Source of the DNA: Dehalococcoidia bacterium
GTDB taxonomy: Bacteria; Chloroflexota; Dehalococcoidia; Lucifugimonadales; Australimonadaceae
DNA length: 64,000 nucleotides
NCBI GenBank assembly: GCA_022449765.1
Contig: JAKUPZ010000005.1
Coordinates: forward strand, 2,285-66,284
Direction of reading: 5' to 3'
How positions within the stretch are numbered: the stretch's first letter is position 1; each line of letters begins with the position of its first letter. The position numbers were made by a program, and so were the translations under genes. The notes beneath the pieces were generated by a model. The model was not told where the DNA came from. It saw only the letters and a program-made list of their open reading frames with translations, and did no database searches. This document shows positions 8,983 through 18,617 of this stretch, piece by piece.

Positions 8983-10830
8983 ATGTGCGGAATTTTTGGA
9001 TACTTAGGACCTCAAAACGCCTCCCCTATACTTATGGGAGGATTAGAGAGGCTTGCCTATAGAGGCTACGATAGTTCGGGGATAGTAATTGTAGATAATG
9101 ATAATAACCTTAATGTGCTAAAAGCATCTGGGAAATTAGAAAATTTGCAAAATCTTTCTGCTACTAGTCCAATTGTCGGACAATGTGGAATAGGACACAC
9201 TCGCTGGGCAACCCACGGAGAACCTACAGATAAAAATGCACACCCGCACCTTAGCCAGAAGAAGAATATCGCAGTTGTCCATAACGGGATCGTCGAAAAT
9301 TTTAACGAATTAAAGAAATTTCTAATTGCTGCAGGCAGCCATTTCAATTCAGACACAGACACCGAAGTAATCCCTCTCCTTATTGAGGCTAATCTCGAAC
9401 AAAGCTTTTCATTTGAAGAGGCCGTTCGTACTACTGTGAATCAATTACGAGGTGCGCATGCCATTGCATGTATATCTCAAAGTGAACCAGGGAAAATTGT
9501 AGTTGCCCGCAAAGGTAATGCTGGCGGGATCACCATAGGTCATGGAAATGGTGAAAGTTTTGTATCAAGTGATACATCTGCTCTTGTGCCTCTTACCACA
9601 AATGTTACCTATATTGAGTCCTCTGAGATGGCAGTTATAACTTCTACTGAATGCAGCATTAGTAGCCTCGATGGCAAAGCAATTGAGACAAAAACACATC
9701 AACTAGATATAGATTCATCAGCGATTGCAAAAGGCGGTTTTAAACATTTCATGCTGAAAGAAATAATGGAGCAACCTGAAGCCGCTACAAGCGTTCTCAG
9801 GGGACGCTTATCGTTTTCACCCGCCAAGATAGTACTGCCTTCGTTGCCATTTGCAACTAAAGATATTCAAAGTTTTTCTAGGGCAATTTTCCTAGGAATG
9901 GGTACTAGCGTTTACGCCGCACAGGTTGGAGCACGGTACCTTGAAAGCTTTGCTCGAATCCCCGCGTCAGTAGAAAACGCTGCTGAATTTCGTTATCGAG
10001 ACGCAGTGCTTAACGAACAGTCGCTAGTGATTGCGATATCGCAATCGGGTGAAACGGCAGACACGCTAGAAGCCCTTAATGAAGCCAAATCGAAAGGTGC
10101 GCGTACTATTGCTATCACCAACGTCGAAGCAAGTGCAATTTCTCGTATCGCGGATGCAACCATTCTTATGCATGCAGGCCCTGAGATTGGAGTTGCTTCT
10201 ACTAAGACGATGATTAACTCGATGGTTGTGATGTACTTATTGGCAAGCTGTTTCGCGCAAGAGCGAAAGGAAATTTCCATTGATGAATCAGAGGCGCATG
10301 TTCAGGAATTATCCCAGTTACCTGCCCTACTGGGAGATGCTATAGAAAACGCGCTTTGTACGGTTAAATCCGTAGCGAAAAAATATGCACAGTCAAAGCG
10401 ATTTTTATTTATTGGCCGAGGACTGCTAGAGCCTATTGCACGTGAAGGCGCGATGAAACTAAAAGAGATTAGCTACATTCATGCTGAGGGAATGTCGGCA
10501 GCAGAAATAAAGCACGGACCCATCGCTCTCGTTGACGAAGAAACTCCTGTTATTGCGATAGCTCTCGACAATCCCCTGTACGAAAAAATGATTGTGAATA
10601 TGTCTCAGGTACATGCACGCAAGGGCAGTGTGATCGCGATAGCAACTACACTGAAGTCAAGTATATTGAACGAAGCTGATGATGTGCTTTGGGTACCTCA
10701 ATGCCCAGAATCGCTACAACCAATTATCGCTACAATTCCAGTTCAAATGCTGGCTTATGAAATCGCTGACTATTTAGGAAATGACATAGACCAGCCTAGG
10801 AATTTAGCAAAAAGCGTTACAGTCGAATAA
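8983..10830 (+). CDS. glmS: Glutamine--fructose-6-phosphate aminotransferase (isomerizing)
   Basis: MCGIFGY N-terminal nucleophile Cys, glutaminase domain, two SIS domains, C-terminal ..KSVTVE. 615 aa. Confidence 0.95.
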   Translation: MCGIFGYLGPQNASPILMGGLERLAYRGYDSSGIVIVDNDNNLNVLKASGKLENLQNLSATSPIVGQCGIGHTRWATHGEPTDKNAHPHLSQKKNIAVVHNGIVENFNELKKFLIAAGSHFNSDTDTEVIPLLIEANLEQSFSFEEAVRTTVNQLRGAHAIACISQSEPGKIVVARKGNAGGITIGHGNGESFVSSDTSALVPLTTNVTYIESSEMAVITSTECSISSLDGKAIETKTHQLDIDSSAIAKGGFKHFMLKEIMEQPEAATSVLRGRLSFSPAKIVLPSLPFATKDIQSFSRAIFLGMGTSVYAAQVGARYLESFARIPASVENAAEFRYRDAVLNEQSLVIAISQSGETADTLEALNEAKSKGARTIAITNVEASAISRIADATILMHAGPEIGVASTKTMINSMVVMYLLASCFAQERKEISIDESEAHVQELSQLPALLGDAIENALCTVKSVAKKYAQSKRFLFIGRGLLEPIAREGAMKLKEISYIHAEGMSAAEIKHGPIALVDEETPVIAIALDNPLYEKMIVNMSQVHARKGSVIAIATTLKSSILNEADDVLWVPQCPESLQPIIATIPVQMLAYEIADYLGNDIDQPRNLAKSVTVE

Positions 10831-10906
10831 ATTATTCGGAGTGCTAACTATGCGATACCAAGTTCAGGACATCGACGGAAAGTTATTAGATTAAAATTAA
10901 GCGCGC

Positions 10907-10948
10907 TTCCGGAACATTCGGCGGCGGTCAAGATTTCCGGGCCGGAAA
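10907..10948. promoter_or_regulatory. Pair of GC-rich palindromes sharing the half-site TTCCGG (candidate operator or structured leader)
   Basis: TTCCGGAA (10907-10914, perfect palindrome) and TTTCCGG-G-CCGGAAA (10934-10948) lie in a locally GC-rich patch. That patch sits in a 218-nt non-coding gap, which is long for this genome. Confidence 0.3.
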
Positions 10949-11048
10949 TGAAGCAAATATATAAGTAGATTTTTCGTTTACAAATTTGAATTTAATGTGG
11001 AAAATTAATTCAAGTAATCCCACTAATCAAAAAGCTATGAGGCGAATA

Positions 11049-11423
11049 ATGAAATTTAATTTAAATTTAAAAGATACTCATTTGGAAATTATAGACCAGC
11101 TAAAGGAAAAGCATTCGATTTCTTCAAGCGAAGAAATCGTAAAAAGGTATGTCAAATCTGCTCTTGAATTACAAAAGGATGATTTTATTTTTGATTCAAG
11201 AAGAGAAATTTGCATAGGGGGATGTTTTGCTTCTGAACCACAATTTGAAATTGATATGGATGACGATGACTTTGATAAATTAAGAAAAGTTTTCGAAAAT
11301 TATCGTACTACTGAAAATTCAAGCGGTTTTTCTGAATACGCAACTGAAGCAGAAGAAGTTAGCAAAACAATACGATGCATTATCAATTTTGCTGAGAAGG
11401 AACCTGATTCAATTACAATTTAA
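11049..11423 (+). CDS. Hypothetical acidic protein with two ribbon-helix-helix-like segments
   Basis: Start moved to ATG 11049 (GAGG 6 nt upstream). MKFNLNLKDTHLEIIDQLKEKHSISSSEEIVKRYVKSAL reads as strand-helix-helix. A second similar segment is QFEIDMDDDDFDKLRKVFENY..AEEVSKTIRCIINFA. No family was recognised. Confidence 0.4.
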   Translation: MKFNLNLKDTHLEIIDQLKEKHSISSSEEIVKRYVKSALELQKDDFIFDSRREICIGGCFASEPQFEIDMDDDDFDKLRKVFENYRTTENSSGFSEYATEAEEVSKTIRCIINFAEKEPDSITI

Positions 11424-11435
11424 GAATAGGGAAGC

Positions 11436-11798
11436 ATGGCTAAATTATTCATTCATATTACTAGTGGGCCTGAATTACCAAATAAAGTTTCGTTAGGATT
11501 ATTAGTTGCAGCCGCATCTGACAAAGAAAAACATGATGTAAAGGTTTTCTTTGCAGCTGATGGCGTGCATCTTTTAAATTGCAAGGAAAAAGGCCAAATA
11601 GTCGGTCTGGGAACAGGTGACATCAAGGATCACCTTGATGAGCTAAAGAACTCTCAGACAAAAATTTACGTTTCCAGGCTCTCTGCAAATGGACGCGGTT
11701 ATGACGAAAGCTTACTTGAAGGCTACAACGCTGAGTTTGCCACGCCCGAGATGCTTGTGAATTTTTCTTTAGACGCAGATTCAGTACTCTGCTATTAA
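11436..11798 (+). CDS. DsrE/DsrF (DrsE) family-like protein lacking the canonical active-site Cys
   Basis: MAKLFIHITSGP..VKVFFAADGVHLL.. matches the DsrE/TusD fold pattern. The canonical ..VC(G/V).. site reads KIYVSRLSANGRG, with no Cys. Confidence 0.55.
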   Translation: MAKLFIHITSGPELPNKVSLGLLVAAASDKEKHDVKVFFAADGVHLLNCKEKGQIVGLGTGDIKDHLDELKNSQTKIYVSRLSANGRGYDESLLEGYNAEFATPEMLVNFSLDADSVLCY

Positions 11799-11810
11799 TA
11801 GCTAATTTGC

Positions 11811-12707
11811 CTAATTCCTCTGTCGAGATCTCTTTTGAGAAGACCTTGAAGTCGCTGATGGAATTGAATCAACCTCGCTATTACCGCCTTTAGCATCCAA
11901 AAATGGAGCTCGCCTCCACCATATAAATGCCATAACTGCGGCACTAACAAGAACAACAGACACTATTTGAGCAGTCGGGATAGCACCAATTTTCCAATTG
12001 TTCAGGCGTAAGAATTCCAAAAGGAACCGTTCTGATGGGTACCAAATTAAATACAGGATAAACAAGTCTCCTTGTTTAAGCTTCTTACCAAATCGTATCC
12101 CAATCCAAACTAGGATGATTACGCCTAATAAGCTCAGAAGGGATTCGTACAGAAATAGCGGATGAAAATGAGTTTCTTCCAAGTACTGACCTGGCCTATA
12201 TGCTGCATCAATAGGAATAGCCCACGGCAAATCCGTTGGACCACCAAAAAGCTCTTGGTTGAAGAAATTACCCCAGCGGCCAACCGCCTGTCCTAACAGG
12301 AATGAAGGTGCGCCTATATCAAGCCAGCGCAAAGTCTGTATTGGCTTTGATCCCGATTGCTTTGCTCGTCGGTTCACCCACCATACATACGCAACTAAAG
12401 CAATAATTGCTCCTATCAGAGCGCCAAAAATACCTATTCCTCCAGAACGAAAGGCGAAGATTCGAGAAACGTCTTGCCCGTAATAATTCCAATAATCAAT
12501 TACGTGGTACGTACGTGCGCCAATCAAGGCAAATATCGCTCCCAAAATTGCAATATTTGTCACGTGCGTTGGGTCTTCACCGAATCTTTTTGCTAGCCTT
12601 TGTGCCAAAACCATGCCTAAGAGAAGTCCCGATAAAATCAGGAGCGAATAAAATCGTATCTCGAGTCCAAAGAGGATTACTCCTCTAAAAGTAATATCAA
12701 ATTCCAT
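11811..12707 (-). CDS. lgt: Phosphatidylglycerol--prolipoprotein diacylglyceryl transferase
   Basis: Polytopic membrane protein with the Lgt signature ..GRWGNFFNQELFG.. and HPLFLYESL. Confidence 0.9.
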   Translation of the reverse strand: MEFDITFRGVILFGLEIRFYSLLILSGLLLGMVLAQRLAKRFGEDPTHVTNIAILGAIFALIGARTYHVIDYWNYYGQDVSRIFAFRSGGIGIFGALIGAIIALVAYVWWVNRRAKQSGSKPIQTLRWLDIGAPSFLLGQAVGRWGNFFNQELFGGPTDLPWAIPIDAAYRPGQYLEETHFHPLFLYESLLSLLGVIILVWIGIRFGKKLKQGDLFILYLIWYPSERFLLEFLRLNNWKIGAIPTAQIVSVVLVSAAVMAFIWWRRAPFLDAKGGNSEVDSIPSATSRSSQKRSRQRN

Positions 12708-12772
12708 AAAGCCTCATGAGCAAAATTTATTGGTAAATTTTAAACCAGATTCAGTCTGATAGGTAGAAGTAT

Positions 12773-12800
12773 AAAAGAGTGGTCAAATGACCACTCTTTT
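12773..12800. terminator. Intrinsic terminator after the small zinc-ribbon gene
   Basis: Perfect 12-bp stem: AAAAGAGTGGTC (12773-12784) pairs with GACCACTCTTTT (12789-12800), 4-nt loop, A/T tracts built into the stem ends. Confidence 0.6.
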
Positions 12801-12812
12801 AAGTAGGAAAAC

Positions 12813-12956
12813 TTAAGCCGCTTTACCCAATCTGTACATCCTCGTACCGCATTGAGGGCATTTCCCTTCAGTGGCGGGGCGACCATTTTTCATATATACG
12901 GTCGTAGCCTCTGCAATATCACGTTCACTACGGCATTTCATGCAATAGCCTTTCAT
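12813..12956 (-). CDS. Small zinc-ribbon protein (DUF5679-like)
   Basis: MKGYCMKCRSERDI..NGRPATEGKCPQCGTRMYRLGK has two CxxC pairs. ATG 12956 has AGGGGGG upstream, and the longer ORF-track start lacks an SD. Confidence 0.55.
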   Translation of the reverse strand: MKGYCMKCRSERDIAEATTVYMKNGRPATEGKCPQCGTRMYRLGKAA

Positions 12957-13047
12957 AGACACCCCCCTATAGATTTGTCTCCCGGTACGATGGGCCATAT
13001 TAGATACCTAAATGGTTCAGGTCAAGCGAAAAATTTAAATGGATTTT

Positions 13048-13076
13048 TTGACAGGAGTAATAGGACTACCTATAGT
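13048..13076 (+). promoter_or_regulatory. Sigma70-like promoter for the dut/FAD-oxidase/amidase operon
   Basis: TTGACA (13048-13053), 17-nt spacer, TATAGT (13071-13076), 27 nt before GTG 13104. Confidence 0.45.
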
Positions 13077-13103
13077 CGTAGTATCCCAAACGCGAGGTAA
13101 AAA

Positions 13104-13640
13104 GTGGGCGTATTATCTTCAAAGCAGATTCGTAATTTGACTGAAGGGCCACAAACTCTTCTTTCAGATTACGTAAATTTAGATGAGCAGATCCAGCCGA
13201 ACGGCGTAGATCTGACTCTAGGCTCAATCGCCAAACCAATCACGTCTGGAAGGATAGGTATCGACAACAACCAGAGGGTTTTATCCGAGCTTCAAGAGTT
13301 GAATTTCGATGAATCAGGCTATTTAAATCTACCCCAAGGTGTTTACATTGCTCGATTAAATGAAACAGTCGCGCTTCCAGAAAATCTGATGGCGATTGCT
13401 AAGCCCAGGTCCAGCCTTCTTAGAAATGGTGTCGCAGTCAATAATGCGGTTTGGGATGCTGGATACATAGGCAAATCTCAAGTTCAAATCGTGGTTCACC
13501 ACCCAGAGGGGTTCGTGGTTGCCCAAAACGCACGAATAATACAAATGGTTTTCATGACTTTAGATGAAAGTGCTGAGTTCCTGTATTCGGGCCAGTATCA
13601 AGGAGAGGCAACCTCCGAATCCAAAGAGAATAGTAAATGA
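13104..13640 (+). CDS. dut: dUTPase / dCTP deaminase superfamily protein (archaeal-type dUTP diphosphatase-like)
   Basis: GTG start. ..EQIQPNGVDLTLG.., ..KPRSSLLRNGV.., ..AVWDAGYIGKSQVQIVV.. resemble Dcd-family dUTPases. Confidence 0.65.
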   Translation: MGVLSSKQIRNLTEGPQTLLSDYVNLDEQIQPNGVDLTLGSIAKPITSGRIGIDNNQRVLSELQELNFDESGYLNLPQGVYIARLNETVALPENLMAIAKPRSSLLRNGVAVNNAVWDAGYIGKSQVQIVVHHPEGFVVAQNARIIQMVFMTLDESAEFLYSGQYQGEATSESKENSK

Positions 13641-14770
13641 ACTCAAATAAGCCTGCTGACGTAGTTGTAATTGGAGGAGGAGTAATAGGTTGCTCGATTG
13701 CCTATTTCCTTGCCTCAAAATATAAGCAAGAAGTAGTAATCATAGAACGCGATGCGGTAGCAAGCGGAGCTTCAGGAGGAGCCGCAGGGGAACTAGGTGC
13801 TGTAGGCCGGCATCGGTACCCTGCAAATTTCACAAAATTTCTTCTTGATGGCATAAAAATGCATGATGACTATGCAGATCAATTAATCAGTGAATCCGGA
13901 ATTGATTATCTACTCTCAGATATACCAATGATACGACCGGCTTTTAATGAAAAAGAAGCATCAGAACTTCAAGAACAAGTTGTTTGGCAGCGCGAACTCG
14001 GATTAAGCGTTGATTGGCTAGATTACGAGCAAGTTCATAGCCTATCAAGTTGGCTCTCTCCAGAGGCAATTGGGGCAGCCTACACCGTGGAACGACAGCT
14101 CGAGGCTTACCCATTTGCCATAGCGATTGCGCAAGCGAGCGAAAAAAATGGAGTCAGTATAAGAAACGCCGAAGTCAAAGAAATTTTATATGAAAATAAT
14201 CGCGCTAACGGAGTGAAGCTATCTAATGGGGATGAAATTTCTTGTGGAACAGTAGTGATTGCCAACGGTCCTTGGTCGCAATTTTCCAAGGAATGGCATG
14301 ATTTAGAAATTCCTGTAATCCCACTGAGAGGGCAAATTGTGCATTCCGCAGCACCTGAAGGCATGAACATGCCTGTTCATGCAATATTCCATGAAACAGG
14401 ATATGTGCTTCCAAAGCCTAGTGGCGATCTACTTATCGGAACAACTCAGGAGCGTGCAGGATTTGACCCCCACCCTACACTGGAAGCACAAAACAGTATT
14501 ATGGAAGCCGTGATTCGGCTTGCTCCCGCCGTCATTGATGCACCGATCAAGGATTTAACAGCCTGCCTAAGGCCGTACTGTGAAGACGAGCTTCCCATAA
14601 TCGGTGCAATTCCTAATAAGGATTCTTTGTTTATAGCTACAGGGCATGGGTACAAGGGAGTTACTTTAGCCTTAGTAACGGGGAGTAACGTCGCAGAATT
14701 AATAATTGAAGGATCATCCACTGTAAATTTGGCTGAATTCAGCCCTAGCAGGTTCCAGGGAGAAGCTTAA
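13637..14770 (+). CDS. FAD-dependent oxidoreductase (DAO family: glycine/D-amino-acid/sarcosine oxidase-like)
   Basis: N-terminal dinucleotide fold VVVIGGGVIGCSIAYFLA. 377 aa. The start overlaps the dut stop (ATGA). Confidence 0.8.
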   Translation: MNSNKPADVVVIGGGVIGCSIAYFLASKYKQEVVIIERDAVASGASGGAAGELGAVGRHRYPANFTKFLLDGIKMHDDYADQLISESGIDYLLSDIPMIRPAFNEKEASELQEQVVWQRELGLSVDWLDYEQVHSLSSWLSPEAIGAAYTVERQLEAYPFAIAIAQASEKNGVSIRNAEVKEILYENNRANGVKLSNGDEISCGTVVIANGPWSQFSKEWHDLEIPVIPLRGQIVHSAAPEGMNMPVHAIFHETGYVLPKPSGDLLIGTTQERAGFDPHPTLEAQNSIMEAVIRLAPAVIDAPIKDLTACLRPYCEDELPIIGAIPNKDSLFIATGHGYKGVTLALVTGSNVAELIIEGSSTVNLAEFSPSRFQGEA

Positions 14771-14771
14771 T

Positions 14772-16205
14772 TTGCAAATTGATGATCTGATTTCTTGCAC
14801 CGCTACCGAAATTGCTGCATTAATTCGCACAAAACAAGTTTCGCCTGTAGAGGTTACATCCTTCTATCTAAACAGAATTGAAGCTCTTAACCCTGAAATA
14901 AATGCCTTTATCACCCAGGTACCTGAAAATGCCATGACGCAAGCTCATCGGGCAGAATCAGCCATTATTTCAGGTGACCCCATTGGACCCCTGCATGGAG
15001 TTCCTATCGGGATAAAGGACCTTAATCCTACCAAGGATATCCTTACGACATATGGTTCAATCTTATTTGGGGAAAATATCCCAACATCTGACGATATTGT
15101 CGTGGAACGCATAAAAAGTAGCGGTGCGATTATTGTTGGTAAAACTAATACACCAGATTTTGGTTGGAAGGGCACCACCGAAAGCACCTTTTCAGGAGCA
15201 ACAAGAAACCCTTGGGACACAAGCCGAACATCAGGTGGGTCTAGCGGAGGTTCTGCTGCTGCAGTGGCTGCTCGGATGGTTCCTATATCTAACGGGGGCG
15301 ATGCAGGAGGATCTATTCGAATACCTGCCAGCTTCTGTGGGATATATGGGATTAAACCAAGCTTCGGGAGAGTACCTTACAATTATCAACCGCAAGGTAG
15401 CTGGTCGCCTTTAAGCCAAAATGGCCCTATGACCCTAAGCGTTCATGATGCAGCGGTGATGCTGAATGCCATTTCTGGACCAGATGGACGCGACCCCAGG
15501 TCCATCAATACTTTCCCTCCAGATTTTACTGCTTCAACTGAAAATATAGACATAAAAAACTTGAAAATTGCATGGGCCCCCAATATGGACGCTCAACCCG
15601 TCGACCCCCAAGTGCAAAAAATTTGCGGGGCCGCCATGAAATTGCTTGCTGGCCTAGGTGCAGATGTCGATGAAATCACACCAAGAATCAACACAAATGA
15701 TGCAATTTGGGCATTCGCAACATTAATGCTTACCGATTTATCGGTGCGACTTGGGCCTATCATTGAATCTGGTCAAGGAGATTTCTTGCCTTCACCTTTG
15801 TCGAAATGGATAACTGAAGCGATAAGCTGGCCAGGAGCAAAATATTCTAGTTCGCTACATGAACTTGAATGGCATAAATCTTTATTCGACGATATTTTTT
15901 CAGACTACGACCTAATTGCAATGCCAACTATGGCAGTACCTGCATTTCCTATTGAAAAAAATCCAGACAGTATTGATGGTATTACGGTAGACCCTAATTG
16001 GGGGTTCACTCCATTTTGTATTCACGCAAATCTAACAGGGCGCCCTGCTGCAAATATTCCTTGCGGGTATACAGTGGAGGGCCTGCCTGTTGGCTTGATG
16101 TTAATGGGGCATATAAACGACGAAATTACAGTATTAAAAGCCTCTGCAGCTTTTGAATTAGCGCAACCATGGAAGGATTCAATCCCTTCAATTATCAGTC
16201 AATAG
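14772..16205 (+). CDS. Amidase (amidase-signature family)
   Basis: AS signature ..GGSSGGSAAAVA.. with upstream ..GIKD.. Lys. 477 aa. TTG start 1 nt after the previous stop. Confidence 0.85.
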   Translation: MQIDDLISCTATEIAALIRTKQVSPVEVTSFYLNRIEALNPEINAFITQVPENAMTQAHRAESAIISGDPIGPLHGVPIGIKDLNPTKDILTTYGSILFGENIPTSDDIVVERIKSSGAIIVGKTNTPDFGWKGTTESTFSGATRNPWDTSRTSGGSSGGSAAAVAARMVPISNGGDAGGSIRIPASFCGIYGIKPSFGRVPYNYQPQGSWSPLSQNGPMTLSVHDAAVMLNAISGPDGRDPRSINTFPPDFTASTENIDIKNLKIAWAPNMDAQPVDPQVQKICGAAMKLLAGLGADVDEITPRINTNDAIWAFATLMLTDLSVRLGPIIESGQGDFLPSPLSKWITEAISWPGAKYSSSLHELEWHKSLFDDIFSDYDLIAMPTMAVPAFPIEKNPDSIDGITVDPNWGFTPFCIHANLTGRPAANIPCGYTVEGLPVGLMLMGHINDEITVLKASAAFELAQPWKDSIPSIISQ

Positions 16206-16237
16206 ACTGATTGAATTAACCTTACTTTACGCAAATA

Positions 16238-16936
16238 TTAATCTTTATATATTTTCCCTTTTTCTACAGTAGACCCCGTCACAAGATAAACTACTTGCTC
16301 TGCAATATTAGTTGCCCTATCTGCGATTCTCTCAAGGTCATGCGCTGCCCATAGTAGGTATGTGCCTCGCTGTATTGCCTTGGGCTCCTGGATCATGAGC
16401 ATAAGCAATTCCCTGTAGACCTGGTCGTATAAAGCATCAACCTCGTCATCTGAGTTCAAAACCTCATAGGCCATATCGGTACTGCGCTTAACCAATGCAT
16501 CTAACGACTTTCTCAGCATGGCTGATGACTTTTCAGCCATCCTTGGAATATCTACGAGCTTTTTCAATGGAGGCTCGTCATTCATCATTAGGCTTATCTT
16601 TGCAATACCTTCGGCATAGTCACCAATACGCTCCAATTCCATTGATATGTGAAGCGTAGTAATTAAAGTGCGTAAATCAGAGGCGACAGGCTGCTGAATT
16701 GCAATCATGTCAACAACAGTTTCTTCAAGGGCATTGCGTCTATTATCGATAATGTTATCTTCTTCGATCACCAGCTTTGAAGCTTCCAAGTCACGGTCTT
16801 TCAAAGCATCCACAGCTTTAACTATGGCTTTCTCTACCATGCTACCAAGGCCGACCAAATTCTCTTCTAATACTTGAAGGTCATGATCAAACCCTCCTCT
16901 AGCGGAACTTTTATTACCAAGCGGATTATTTACCAT
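16238..16936 (-). CDS. phoU: Phosphate signalling complex protein PhoU
   Basis: Two PhoU repeats (..ERIGDYAEGIA.., ..ERIADRATNIAE..). Last gene of the pst operon. Confidence 0.9.
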   Translation of the reverse strand: MVNNPLGNKSSARGGFDHDLQVLEENLVGLGSMVEKAIVKAVDALKDRDLEASKLVIEEDNIIDNRRNALEETVVDMIAIQQPVASDLRTLITTLHISMELERIGDYAEGIAKISLMMNDEPPLKKLVDIPRMAEKSSAMLRKSLDALVKRSTDMAYEVLNSDDEVDALYDQVYRELLMLMIQEPKAIQRGTYLLWAAHDLERIADRATNIAEQVVYLVTGSTVEKGKIYKD

Positions 16937-16938
16937 TT

Positions 16939-17727
16939 CTACCCAAACCTCCCAGTAATGTAGCCTTCTGTGCGTTCTTCCTTCGGATTTGTAAAGATTT
17001 CGTGCGTGGATCCAACTTCAACCAAATATCCTGATCTGTCCTCTCCCATTGTCATAAAAGCGGTCCAATCTGAGGATCTTGCAGCCTGCTGCATGTTATG
17101 AGTAACAACGATTATTGTATATTCGTGCGATAGTTCTCTCATCAATTCTTCTATTGCCAGAGTAGATATTGGATCAAGTGCAGAGGCAGGTTCGTCCATA
17201 AGAATAATGTCAGGTTCCACTGCTACAGCGCGTGCAATACAGAGGCGCTGTTGCTGGCCTCCCGAGAGCGCCAATCCACTACTTTTCAACCTATCTTTCA
17301 CTTCGTCCCATAGTGCCGCTCGCTTCAGTGATCTTTCAACTGCTTCATCTAAGTCCCCAGTAAAACCGTTTATTCTTAGGCCAAAAGCAACGTTATCGTA
17401 AATCGATTTGGGAAATGGATTAGGCTTCTGAAAGACCATGCCTATTCTTAATCGAATTTCAGCAGGGTCGACACCAGGTGCGTAAATATTTTCGCCATTA
17501 AAAAGAATTTCTCCTTCAATGCGAGTTCCAGGAACAAGATCGTTCATACGATTGATGCAACGCAAAAGCGTGCTTTTGCCAGACCCTGAAGGTCCAATCA
17601 ATGCAGTCACTGCATTCCTATGTACGTCAAGATTGATATCCCGTAACGCACGAAACGCGCCGTAATACATGTCTAAGTTCGAAATAGCGAGAGTTATATC
17701 GCTATTTTTTTCTTCTACTGTCGTCAT
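16939..17727 (-). CDS. pstB: Phosphate ABC transporter ATP-binding protein
   Basis: Walker [10 protein letters not shown], signature LSGGQQQR, Walker B ILMDEP, PstB-type C-terminus ..YITGRFG. Confidence 0.95.
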   Translation of the reverse strand: MTTVEEKNSDITLAISNLDMYYGAFRALRDINLDVHRNAVTALIGPSGSGKSTLLRCINRMNDLVPGTRIEGEILFNGENIYAPGVDPAEIRLRIGMVFQKPNPFPKSIYDNVAFGLRINGFTGDLDEAVERSLKRAALWDEVKDRLKSSGLALSGGQQQRLCIARAVAVEPDIILMDEPASALDPISTLAIEELMRELSHEYTIIVVTHNMQQAARSSDWTAFMTMGEDRSGYLVEVGSTHEIFTNPKEERTEGYITGRFG

Positions 17728-18617
17728 TCTTCCGACCTTTTCTGTGTTTTGTTTCGCACGTATATTGCGACTGCGTTCATCGTTAATAATATAACCAAGA
17801 GAATAATAATCCCTGCAGCAGCAAGGCCCCTAAAGCCGGGCCGTGGATCAGCAACCCAATTGAAAATTTGTATAGGCATAACTGTAAATTGATCTAGTGG
17901 AGAGCTCGGTGTAAATGTTATATAGACCAAAGCGCTAATTGCGACCATCGGCGCAGCTTCTCCAATCGCTCTGGACATCGCAAGAATTGTACCCGTCATT
18001 ATCCCTGGGGTAGCGTGGGGTACTACAATTTCCTTTACTGTTTGGAATTTCGTAGCACCAAGGCCATATGATGCTTCCCTATAAGTTTGAGGGACAGCCT
18101 TTATTGCTTCCCTTGAGGCAATAATAACGATTGGCATAACTAGCAATGACATCGTTAATGCACCAGCGACAATGATACGTCCCATCTGCAATATTTCCAC
18201 GAACAAAGCAAGCCCCAACAAGCCGTAGACAATCGATGGAACGCCCGCCAAATTAGAGATATTGATTTCAATTATCCTCGTGAACCAATTTTTGGGAGCA
18301 TATTCTTCCAGGTATATTGCTGCCCCTACCCCTACAGGAACAGTAAAAATGAAAGTTAGACCCATTATCCAAATAGAGCCAAATATTGCAGAGCGCATGC
18401 CCGCAATTTCAGGGAAGCGAGATGGGTAATCAGTTAAGAAATGCCAGCTTACCCATGGTAATCCTTGCAATAAAACTTGGATGAGCAATACAAGCAGGCC
18501 CGCAAGGCCTACAGCAATTGAAAGTACGAACCCAGTGTAAGCTAGTGCGCCAATACGCTTTCTTAGTACTAATCTCGGATTAAGCTTAGAGGTTATATTT
18601 GAGGATTCAGCTCGCAT
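17724..18617 (-). CDS. pstA: Phosphate ABC transporter permease PstA
   Basis: Polytopic permease with an EAA-like loop (..[14 protein letters not shown]..). Overlaps pstB by 4 nt. Confidence 0.9.
   Translation of the reverse strand: MRAESSNITSKLNPRLVLRKRIGALAYTGFVLSIAVGLAGLLVLLIQVLLQGLPWVSWHFLTDYPSRFPEIAGMRSAIFGSIWIMGLTFIFTVPVGVGAAIYLEEYAPKNWFTRIIEINISNLAGVPSIVYGLLGLALFVEILQMGRIIVAGALTMSLLVMPIVIIASREAIKAVPQTYREASYGLGATKFQTVKEIVVPHATPGIMTGTILAMSRAIGEAAPMVAISALVYITFTPSSPLDQFTVMPIQIFNWVADPRPGFRGLAAAGIIILLVILLTMNAVAIYVRNKTQKRSEE

Noticed and set aside
10901-10965. SRP (4.5S) RNA, because of ..GGTCAAGA..CCGGAAATGAAGCA resembling the ..GGUCAGGUCCGGAAGGAAGCA domain IV
   Set aside because: The residues flanking GGAA cannot form the closing helix of the GNRA tetraloop (GCC-GGAA-AUG). 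No complementary 3' strand or extended helix 5/8 is present.
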